From a virus, in the IMG/VR virus record IMGVR_UViG_3300030108_004965, positions 127,697 to 191,696 of that record: a DNA stretch of 64,000 nucleotides. One strand, 5' to 3'. The translations under genes and the position numbers were made by a program. Below the pieces are notes generated by a model. The model did no database searches, was not told the DNA's origin, and worked only from the letters and a program-made list of their open reading frames with translations. Of the stretch, positions 38,501-45,519 are shown one piece after another. How positions within the stretch are numbered: position 1 is the stretch's first letter; every line of letters starts with the position of its first letter.

Positions 38501-38868
38501 ACCACAAAACTATCTCCGGGAATACCAGAGCCGGATTGTAATCCAAATAATTTTAAAGGATTCGTTGCGCCAGATACATTTAGACTACCAGTAAAGATGT
38601 GCGTATCATCTATTGAGTTTCCAAATTTTGTATTACCAGATGCGCTAATGTTTGTGACCGTTTCATTAACGACATTGACATTATATTGGTTCGCGGTGAT
38701 CGTACCAGATACATGCATAGACCCAGAAAGAGTTAATACATCGGTTATGTGATCAAAGATTAATCGATTACTACCTGTTAATCCTAAGTCAGGCCTTGCG
38801 GTCTGGACTGAGCCTGAAACCCCGCCAGCCTGCGAACCAACGACATAGGCCCATCCAAATTCTGACAT
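35578..38868 (-). CDS. Long fibre-like virion protein with three internal repeats
   Basis: 1096 aa; three copies of GTL(T/S)TAAQPNVTSLGTL...RVG(V/I)G...P.K.L.V...(Q)(L/F)R(L/V)(T/S); C-terminal domain shared with its neighbours. Confidence 0.7.
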   Translation of the reverse strand: MSEFGWAYVVGSQAGGVSGSVQTARPDLGLTGSNRLIFDHITDVLTLSGSMHVSGTITANQYNVNVVNETVTNISASGNTKFGNSIDDTHIFTGSLNVSGATNPLKLFGLQSGSGIPGDSFVVLGSDNNLFLTSSPGGEIKEYTNAANNRIITSIDPSGINAEANLTFDGSTLVVTGDLSSSVGVSSSVGQFTELTGSRISGSSIDSTTGNIITVNATTVSATSLGGTLTTAAQPNVTSLGTLTALNVSGDLSASALFVSSSNERVGVGTNSPEKRLEVYDKNDQLRLTYSKHIPFLESNVHTDFKTNSDGYLILSSSGQRVGIGTTSPTRMLDVDGNVRVGGNLEVTGTLSARVTDFVVSANNIVFGDSKTDQLTFNASSGSAPNGLNLDSNTWVLDSANNRIGIGIPNPQTELHVVERSGEGNLPTVDGPTVALFQRNNVNDEANITILGATGGSSTISFGDYQDQDVGKIAYHHANNMLAFRVAGVGDRMVIDNGGNVGIATTNPEEKLHVVGNTIITQNLGVTGSITGSTLTDGTAKITGGNISSVGTLTATNVNATSLGGTLSTAAQPNVTSLGTLTSLTVGGDVTVDTNTLKVNSTSNKVGIGRTDPEKKLDVLDTDRQLRLTHTKASLGVDAVHSDLYTTGQGYLILSGTAQRVGIGTESPSRMLDVDGNVRIGGNLEITGSLHAKVSEFIVTADNITFGQDAEDTVIFNAASGTVMNGLNWDGDTFVMDSDNNRIGMGLPFPEAKLHVSSSSQTLLRLNDAQFTATHSGDLTIKPSGNYLTASSDVRISGSSFLGTLPTQHTVVSGELTASVAVSSSLGRFTELTSSAVTDGTATIKGGNISGVNTLTATNVAGTLSTAAQPNVTSLGTLGTLSITGDLTVDTDTLKVDSTNDRVGIGRVDPQKTLEVLDTGKQFRVSYSKYVFGVSANVFSDLSTDSSGFLVLSGSGGKTKIDNSLQITGLATGTGVTTKYLALDSSNNVILTSSAAPGIETRNRRVISGDTTLAVDDYYIGINAAGNVKITLIAAASLPNGQTFTIKDEGGTAASHTFTVSASAGETIDGVGEITIPSSFASVSIYTDGASKYFIF

Positions 38869-40748
38869 TATTCATCGATCCCCGCACCTGATAACGTATA
38901 CATGCTGCCTGTTGGGATGTTTGTTAATTCTGCTATGACCTCGAAAGTGGTTTGAGAATTTACCGATGAGATATATAACTCTTTTGTTTTCATTGGAAGG
39001 TCTATGGAGGAACCATAGCCTTGTAGTTCATAATAATGTTTGCCATTTTCAACAGCACTAGTTGGACCTGCTATGAATTGGGCGTTACGAGGATTGCCAC
39101 CTATTAAAATAGTAGCGTTGTTAGAGCCAATTCTATCATAGATTGTTGTTGTGGTATCTGCTGGGGATAGATTTGGATTAAATCTATACCAACTTTGCAA
39201 ACTATCACTGAAAGAGTGTGTTGTGGGATCTTTTACATAACCTCCATTATATAATTCACTAATTTGCGTTGAGTCCAAGGCTGAAGTCCAAATCAATAGT
39301 TCAGACCAGTTTTGAACACCTCCTTCGCCGGCGGCAGCATGGGTAGTAGGGAAATAAAGGGTTGACACTGACTCGGTACCGACTAAAGAACCGTTTACGA
39401 CTTCGGTACCATCGACATACATTAGTGCTTTATTGGAAACCGGATCAAAAACCATAGCAAAGTGGTGCCAATTACCATCAAAAATCCCGGCAACATCGGC
39501 TTGAATGTCAACACCTAGGGAGTTACGAATTCTTGCTGAGCCTCCTCCAATGTCCATAATCCGTCCCTGTATCCCATTCGTCTGAGTTCCGTAAAATCTT
39601 TGATATCCCGCTGCGACCCCTGCAGGTTGTTTAAACCAGAATGAAAATGTTAATGCGTCTGTTTGCATTACAGCGGTGCGACCTTGAGGAACTTCTAACT
39701 GATTATCGGCCCCGGCGACACCACTTTCATCCGGATAATGAATTGCACTTATCAAAGCGCGAACCGGAGAGATTCTAATTTTCCCTGTTGTTTGTGAGGC
39801 AAAAGGACCGGGAGTAAGTTCTGCAAAATCATCAGCAAGATTAAAGAATATTGCATGCACATTCCTTTCCGTTGAGTCACCGTTATTGTAAAACCAAGCC
39901 GGACCGCTTATGCCCAAGGAAGGATCAGTTGCGCCATTCCATGGAAACCCAGAAAAATTCCCGACAGCGCGACCATCGGGGGAAGAGTCTCCCATAGTCC
40001 ACCACGCTATCAAACTAGAGGCTTTAGAGTGATTTTTTGGATTAAACCACTCACCATTATTATAAAGTTCACTCACTTGCGCTTGATTGAAACCAGATGT
40101 AAACACGGTAACCTCGTCATAAATAGCAGAATCTCTCCCGCCACCACCATTCCAGCCAAACTTGATTGTATCTATAACAGCCGGTAAATTTCCATTATAA
40201 AAATTTGATCCGGGGTTACCATCAACGTAAAGATAGACTTTGCTGTCATTCTGTGTTATTAGTATGTGGTGCCAGTTACCATCAAAGCCGTTAGTTGTAT
40301 CATTGACTATCGCAGTTACCGCAGCATTTCCACCGGCACCAACAAGTTGATAGTGATAATCAGCGTTGTTGTTATATTCAAGCGCTAATTGATTGGCAAA
40401 GCCACCATCGCCCTTAAACATAGTTAGAATAAAAAGTTGGGTATTCGGCCCAGTGTGGGTGTCTTTCATCCACCAAGAAAAAGTAAAATCGTTTCCACTA
40501 CCACCCACCTCGGGAAGATAAGATCCTCCCTTAATATATTGCGATGTCGATAACCAAGAGCCATCTTGATTGCCAATATTTATTGCGGTATTCGGAGGTG
40601 AGGGTATTCGTATTTTTATGTTCTTAGTCACAAAAGGGAATTCTATTTTTACTTCCCCGCCTGCGTTAACAGTACTACCAGTTATATAGGGCTGTCCGGA
40701 TACCATGTATGATCCGACATTTCTGAGGCCTACTGAATATTTGCTCAT
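38868..40748 (-). CDS. Virion protein with two LamG/ConA-like domains inserted in a small conserved module
   Basis: FTFSWWMK...WHHILIT...LYVDG...DEVTVF..ELYN (twice); the N- and C-termini match the two short paralogs upstream. Confidence 0.8.
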   Translation of the reverse strand: MSKYSVGLRNVGSYMVSGQPYITGSTVNAGGEVKIEFPFVTKNIKIRIPSPPNTAINIGNQDGSWLSTSQYIKGGSYLPEVGGSGNDFTFSWWMKDTHTGPNTQLFILTMFKGDGGFANQLALEYNNNADYHYQLVGAGGNAAVTAIVNDTTNGFDGNWHHILITQNDSKVYLYVDGNPGSNFYNGNLPAVIDTIKFGWNGGGGRDSAIYDEVTVFTSGFNQAQVSELYNNGEWFNPKNHSKASSLIAWWTMGDSSPDGRAVGNFSGFPWNGATDPSLGISGPAWFYNNGDSTERNVHAIFFNLADDFAELTPGPFASQTTGKIRISPVRALISAIHYPDESGVAGADNQLEVPQGRTAVMQTDALTFSFWFKQPAGVAAGYQRFYGTQTNGIQGRIMDIGGGSARIRNSLGVDIQADVAGIFDGNWHHFAMVFDPVSNKALMYVDGTEVVNGSLVGTESVSTLYFPTTHAAAGEGGVQNWSELLIWTSALDSTQISELYNGGYVKDPTTHSFSDSLQSWYRFNPNLSPADTTTTIYDRIGSNNATILIGGNPRNAQFIAGPTSAVENGKHYYELQGYGSSIDLPMKTKELYISSVNSQTTFEVIAELTNIPTGSMYTLSGAGIDE

Positions 40749-40761
40749 TTATTTTGCCTCC

Positions 40762-41172
40762 TTACGATGAAATACCAGAGCCGGCTAGTGCGTACATACT
40801 CCCTGTTGGAATGTTGGTTAGACTTGCATATAACTTCCAAGTAACATCGCCTGCTGCTGTGGCACTTAACCAAACTTCTTTGCACTTAAGATTAACGGTC
40901 AACGATTCATCTTTTGCAAGTTCATAATAATGCTTACTTGTTGGATGGTTTGTTATTGAACTACTTGAAACCAAATGAAGCCTCAACATTTCTGTCCCTG
41001 CGGAAAAATTCCAAAGAGTTATCGATTTTGTAACATAAGGAAACTTAACTTGCAATTCATGATGAGCCGGGACAGCATTGTCTCCGGAATCGGTAAAAGA
41101 ACCTGTGATGTATGGTTGCCCCGATACAATGTAAGAACCAGCGTTCCTAAGGCCTACTGAATATTTGCTCAT
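40762..41172 (-). CDS. Small virion protein, paralog family VGLRNxGSYxVSGQPY
   Basis: MSKYSVGLRNAGSYIVSGQPY...FPYVTK...KHYYEL...LTNIPTGSMY. Confidence 0.75.
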   Translation of the reverse strand: MSKYSVGLRNAGSYIVSGQPYITGSFTDSGDNAVPAHHELQVKFPYVTKSITLWNFSAGTEMLRLHLVSSSSITNHPTSKHYYELAKDESLTVNLKCKEVWLSATAAGDVTWKLYASLTNIPTGSMYALAGSGISS

Positions 41173-41600
41173 GTGCTAATCCCTTCTAATCCATCAAATG
41201 AATACATGCTGCCGGTTGGAATATTTGTTAGCTCTGCGTATACAGATATGAAATCTACAGCATTGGCTGACGCAGGGGCAACAAAAATCTCTTTACATTT
41301 TACATCTAATTCAATAGATGTCCCTTTTTGCAATAAAAGCCAGTTACCAGAACCAGATGCATCATTTGCAAAGCCATAGGTCTTTATAGTTCTATCAAAA
41401 GGTACAAAACTTACAATTGCATCTCTGGTTGAAGATTCATTTGATACGATAACTTTTTTTGTTACATATGGAAATTGAAAGTACCCATCTTGATTAGATC
41501 CCAACGTAGCAGACGTAACAGCCCCACTTAGATAAGGCTGGCCTGATACTTGATATGATCCTACATTTCTAAGACCGGCTGTGTAGATGTTTGACGACAT
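41169..41600 (-). CDS. Small virion protein, paralog family VGLRNxGSYxVSGQPY
   Basis: YTAGLRNVGSYQVSGQPY...FPYVTK...KCKEIFV...AELTNIPTGSMY. Confidence 0.75.
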   Translation of the reverse strand: MSSNIYTAGLRNVGSYQVSGQPYLSGAVTSATLGSNQDGYFQFPYVTKKVIVSNESSTRDAIVSFVPFDRTIKTYGFANDASGSGNWLLLQKGTSIELDVKCKEIFVAPASANAVDFISVYAELTNIPTGSMYSFDGLEGIST

Positions 41601-41633
41601 ACAGTTCTCCTATTACATAACTAGTAATTTTAT

Positions 41634-41849
41634 TTAATTTTGTCTCCGGAGACGCTTGCGAAGTTCTTTTTTGTGCTTTGCGATCGCTCTCTTTTTTGCT
41701 AGTCTTTTCTTGACAGAAGGTTTTGTATAATATCTATTATCCTTTACCTCATCAATAATGCCTAATTTTTTACATTTTTTGATGAATCTTTTGATAAATC
41801 TATTTGGGTCTTCGTTCTTTCGAGGTTTTTCTATGTGATTAGTAGCCAT
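41634..41849 (-). CDS. rpsU: Ribosomal protein bS21 homolog
   Basis: 71 aa, basic; E.....IKRF.KKC...GII.EVK..RYY.KPSVKKR..K..A matches the bS21 signature. Confidence 0.9.
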   Translation of the reverse strand: MATNHIEKPRKNEDPNRFIKRFIKKCKKLGIIDEVKDNRYYTKPSVKKRLAKKRAIAKHKKELRKRLRRQN

Positions 41850-42260
41850 TTATTTTCCCGCCAGTTTTTTCCAAACTTGCTTAGACATGCCGAACTGAGA
41901 GATGTCCACTCCCGGATCGTTTGGGGCTACACCATCTAAGGCTTTAGAGCCATGGGGAGACGATGATCCTTGAGATCTGGGCATCGGTGTGGTTCCTTCA
42001 AACAAATCTACTCCATTATAAGCATCTTTGCCAATTGCATCAAGCATTTTTCTTTTTTGCTCCAGCAATTGTTTTCTTTTCTGCTCAAACCGTTCAGAAT
42101 TGTCATCGTGGCTATTTTCTTTTACAACTATTTGTGAAGAAGATGTGCCCTTTACAACCTCAGAAATGATTGTAGAAAGAGTACCATCTTCGAAAATTAC
42201 CTCTTTGATGCATTCTTTTATCAATGGTTTTAGGATTTTTCTAAGTTGGTTTTTATTCAT
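41850..42260 (-). CDS. Hypothetical head-cluster protein with tag-like N-terminus
   Basis: MNKNQLRKILKPLIKECIKEVIFE; lies between the protease and bS21 genes. Confidence 0.7.
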   Translation of the reverse strand: MNKNQLRKILKPLIKECIKEVIFEDGTLSTIISEVVKGTSSSQIVVKENSHDDNSERFEQKRKQLLEQKRKMLDAIGKDAYNGVDLFEGTTPMPRSQGSSSPHGSKALDGVAPNDPGVDISQFGMSKQVWKKLAGK

Positions 42261-42878
42261 TTATTCTCCGAGGATTTTCTTAAAAAGATCATTGATACTG
42301 TTTTCTTTGACTTCCCGTAAACGTGTTGAAACATTGTTCATTTGATCTTTTGGATAAACGTATGCGTTGGGGGTTGATGGCTCTGAAACAATATCGAAAC
42401 AGATTAGTTGAAAATCATTTTCAACCGTAACAGTACCGTTTGATGATTCTGTTACGGACCCCAATCCTCGGGAAGAAATTCCAAGTTTCACACCAGCGTT
42501 TATCAAATCTTTGAGTATTCTACCTGAAGGTGTGTCAAGTACTTTTAGTTTTCCCATAACATCTTTACCTTCCCACCAAACATCCGTAACAATGTGCGAA
42601 ACATTTTTGAGGTTGACAACTGAGTCATCAGGGTGATCTAGTTCCCCGCAGGCTCTGGCATCTTTTACGATTTTATCATAGTTATCCATTTCACGTTTCA
42701 AGACGTTATATGGATAAACTCTGCCGTTTCCGTTTTGCTTGTCAGCAGTTTGCAAACGACCAGACATGTAAAGGACTTTGCCATTTGCCATTTCTTTTTT
42801 CTCTCTTTCGGTTAAAAGATCTTGACAAATGCCCCCTTCACAGAGTGCATAGAATTCTCGTAATAAAGTTTTTGACAT
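42261..42878 (-). CDS. Prohead core protease (T4 gp21-like)
   Basis: NGNGRVYP, GELDHP, VSHIVT, TPSGRI, LGISSRGLGS, FDIVSEPSTPNAY. Confidence 0.95.
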   Translation of the reverse strand: MSKTLLREFYALCEGGICQDLLTEREKKEMANGKVLYMSGRLQTADKQNGNGRVYPYNVLKREMDNYDKIVKDARACGELDHPDDSVVNLKNVSHIVTDVWWEGKDVMGKLKVLDTPSGRILKDLINAGVKLGISSRGLGSVTESSNGTVTVENDFQLICFDIVSEPSTPNAYVYPKDQMNNVSTRLREVKENSINDLFKKILGE

Positions 42879-42920
42879 TGTTACCTCAAATAAAATAAGT
42901 GCCGGCGCTACCGGCGCGCC

Positions 42921-42977
42921 TCAGGATCCGCTGCAGCAGCGACGGACTGGTTGAAGCATCCATCTAATCATCAACAT
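42921..42977 (-). CDS. 18 aa micropeptide MLMIRWMLQPVRRCCSGS (missed by ORF track)
   Basis: Preceded by a near-perfect SD (AGGAGGTGA-TT-ATG) inside the end of the upstream gene; GC-rich, followed by a GCCGG/CCGGC hairpin. Confidence 0.55.
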   Translation of the reverse strand: MLMIRWMLQPVRRCCSGS

Positions 42978-43293
42978 AATCACCTCCTGATCTTGATGAT
43001 ACTCTTATACCAAAGTCATCAACGACCATGGAGAGCAAATAAGTAGTTCCGGCTCCCAAACAAGAGAGACAGAAAGCATTCCCTAGGGAATATTCAAATG
43101 TAAATAGTTCTGTGTAGCCGTTTATGCAAAACAAAAATAGAGAACACCAGAAGCCCATACACAAAGGACAGTGAAAAAGAGTGTTCCATTTTTTAGAATA
43201 ATCCTTCTCCGGTCTTATGTCCTCAAAGATCTTACCGTGAACAATTATGAAAGTCATGCCATAGGCTACTAAAATGAAATTAAGTATGTTCAA
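42964..43293 (-). CDS. Small multi-TM membrane protein with CxxC
   Basis: Three hydrophobic segments; LFHCPLCMGFW. Confidence 0.7.
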   Translation of the reverse strand: MNILNFILVAYGMTFIIVHGKIFEDIRPEKDYSKKWNTLFHCPLCMGFWCSLFLFCINGYTELFTFEYSLGNAFCLSCLGAGTTYLLSMVVDDFGIRVSSRSGGDYVDD

Positions 43294-43295
43294 TT

Positions 43296-44090
43296 TTACC
43301 CTCGACGGTATCGTGTCACAAATAAATCTGTAGACTGTTTTATTAGTTCGTCTTCTAGAGAACCTATGTTTTTAACATTTCTAGAGTATTCCTGATGTCT
43401 TTCAGACATGTTGTTATATACTTTGGAATACTGGTTTGGCTCCATAGCCCAACTGTTGCTGGTCCCTATCCCTCCTCTATACTTCTTTCCAAAAAACATT
43501 GATTTAAATGTGATATCTGTCGCTTTACCAACGTCACAATCATCCTCTTTATCATCCGGAGTATCATTTTCATAATCAAATTCATCATTACCGGCATCCG
43601 TTGTTCTTTTAATTAAGTTTTTTGTCTTAGAAAGTTTATCCCAAGCGGCTTTAGAGTGCTTATTACTAGAAGCAGCGTGATCAGAGGTGAGCCCCCCACC
43701 AAGCACTTGATTGACATAGTGAAATACCAAACCATAGATCAGTGGCCCCACGCCTTGACCTTCGAATTCTTTACGTATTGAAACATAATTTACCTGATAA
43801 GTATCGGGGATGCAAGGCTTGTCAGTTTTAGAAAACCACAACATCCCTAGGACTTCTCCCCTAAGTATCCAGCCTTTATTATTAATTTTGGTAGGTCTCC
43901 ATAAAATTAACTTGTAAATTTCGCCGTCTTTTCTTATAAACAAGGCAGGCTGTTCCGGTTTCGGTTGTCCCATTTTGTACCCGAAAGCCGAAAGAGATGG
44001 TTCACGCGGTTCTAATTTATCTTCTGGTTCTGATGGTCTGTTGAAGAAGTCTCTCCAACTTTCCATTATTAAGTTCATTTTTTTAGACAT
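43296..44090 (-). CDS. GNAT-fold-like protein with LIME-type N-terminus
   Basis: V.YVSIRKEFEGQGVGPLIY resembles acetyl-CoA binding motif A (R/Q-x-x-G-x-G), followed by SD...S..S.AAW..L. Confidence 0.55.
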   Translation of the reverse strand: MSKKMNLIMESWRDFFNRPSEPEDKLEPREPSLSAFGYKMGQPKPEQPALFIRKDGEIYKLILWRPTKINNKGWILRGEVLGMLWFSKTDKPCIPDTYQVNYVSIRKEFEGQGVGPLIYGLVFHYVNQVLGGGLTSDHAASSNKHSKAAWDKLSKTKNLIKRTTDAGNDEFDYENDTPDDKEDDCDVGKATDITFKSMFFGKKYRGGIGTSNSWAMEPNQYSKVYNNMSERHQEYSRNVKNIGSLEDELIKQSTDLFVTRYRRG

Positions 44091-44105
44091 AAGGATCCTC
44101 GGGTA

Positions 44106-44714
44106 TCAATAACTATATCTACCGTAAATGTAAGGCGCGAACACACCCTGTTGATAAATAGATCCTTTTTCTGCTGCTTGTGGTACTTGTCCGAGTTCAG
44201 TTGAATGCTCACCATCAGGCTCAAGCAAAGCATCGTCTTCCATGTCCTCGTAGGCTGTCATCCCTTTGATGTATGGCTCCTCTGTTTTCAGCCATTCTGA
44301 AATGTTCAGTAGTGTTGCCTTTATCGGATCGTGGGTCTCTGATTCCATTAGAGTGCCCTCTAAGGAGCCGTAAATGTTCCCACCTTGTATCGAGTCATAG
44401 TTTATGATACCGTTCCTTTTAAGGTACTCTAGGAGCCTAGACTCTGCTCCATAAACAACATCTGACATTATTTCTTTTGCAAAGGTTACAACTTTTTTGT
44501 TCTTTGATTGAATCACTATGTCAATGTCTTTGTGGTCTAAAATTATCAGATCGCCATTGAGAGCAGACCTTAGTTGCAATTGGAACTGCAGGCCTTCCTT
44601 TTCTTTAATTTCGATCTTAACACCTGAGGTTGGGCCCTCGGGTTCATTAAAACCTATCTTAACGGCTGATTCTGGTTCTGTTTTTTCGTTTTCGATGTTA
44701 ATTTTTACTGTCAT
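44106..44714 (-). CDS. Hypothetical head-cluster protein
   Basis: 202 aa ORF in the portal-to-protease interval; no recognised motif. Confidence 0.65.
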   Translation of the reverse strand: MTVKINIENEKTEPESAVKIGFNEPEGPTSGVKIEIKEKEGLQFQLQLRSALNGDLIILDHKDIDIVIQSKNKKVVTFAKEIMSDVVYGAESRLLEYLKRNGIINYDSIQGGNIYGSLEGTLMESETHDPIKATLLNISEWLKTEEPYIKGMTAYEDMEDDALLEPDGEHSTELGQVPQAAEKGSIYQQGVFAPYIYGRYSY

Positions 44715-45519
44715 TCTTAGATACCTCTGCTATCAGGTCTTGAATATAAAAAATTTCCTCAACCATTTGTTGATTTATTGGAGTTTGTGCGTAGTTGTCC
44801 AGCTTTTGCTTAAGTTTTTTAAAATTTTCCAAATTAGAGTTAGTCCTCCCTTCTGCAATCCGCTGCTGTACGGCATTTTTGAGTCGCCCAATCTCTTCAT
44901 TTAAAAAACTTTTAAGACCAACACCATTATCAGAAAACGACACGATGTAGTTAGTGAGAAGATTTTTCTGTTCAGTTCTCAAAGTTCTATCATATGCGTT
45001 ATTGAATTTGTTAACAAACGTTCTGTATTCAAGATTGTCTAAGTGTTTCATTTCTGTCAGTGTCTGTTCTTTTCTTCCTAGAAATTTTACCAAATTATTC
45101 TCCAGCATAATTCTTTTCTTGGCTGGTAGTTTATCGTTTTGGAAGTACAAACCAACAGAGGCAATGTCTTTATAGTTGGGAATAAAGTTTGAAAAAACAC
45201 CATGCCCTAAGTGTTTGTTCATAACATTTATCAGGCTCGTTTGAGAATTGAAAATAGCTTTTCTGTTGAGACCAAAAAAATCTTTTTTAGTTTCTTCCAA
45301 TAGTCTTTTGGAGAAAGATTCATCTTGTGACTTTACTTCGAGTAAAGAATTGTAAAGATTTAATTCTTTTCCTAACTCACTGTTTTTATTAAAGAATTCT
45401 TTTAAGATTTTCTTTGTAATTTTTTGTCTTTTTTTGTCTTCTCGAACGATTGCTTTTGTTAATTCCTTGATAAGGCATTCGTAAAGAAAAGCGGTATTTC
45501 TTTTCTTATTGTGTTTCAT
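44698..45519 (-). CDS. Hypothetical head-cluster protein (helical)
   Basis: MKHNKKRNTAFLYECLIKEL...; overlaps the portal stop. Confidence 0.7.
   Translation of the reverse strand: MKHNKKRNTAFLYECLIKELTKAIVREDKKRQKITKKILKEFFNKNSELGKELNLYNSLLEVKSQDESFSKRLLEETKKDFFGLNRKAIFNSQTSLINVMNKHLGHGVFSNFIPNYKDIASVGLYFQNDKLPAKKRIMLENNLVKFLGRKEQTLTEMKHLDNLEYRTFVNKFNNAYDRTLRTEQKNLLTNYIVSFSDNGVGLKSFLNEEIGRLKNAVQQRIAEGRTNSNLENFKKLKQKLDNYAQTPINQQMVEEIFYIQDLIAEVSKNDSKN

Noticed and set aside
42895-42923. UGA followed by a hairpin, suggesting a SECIS or selenocysteine readthrough
   Set aside because: The stem is only about 5-6 bp, the spacing and loop do not resemble a bacterial SECIS, and the extension has no redox motif.
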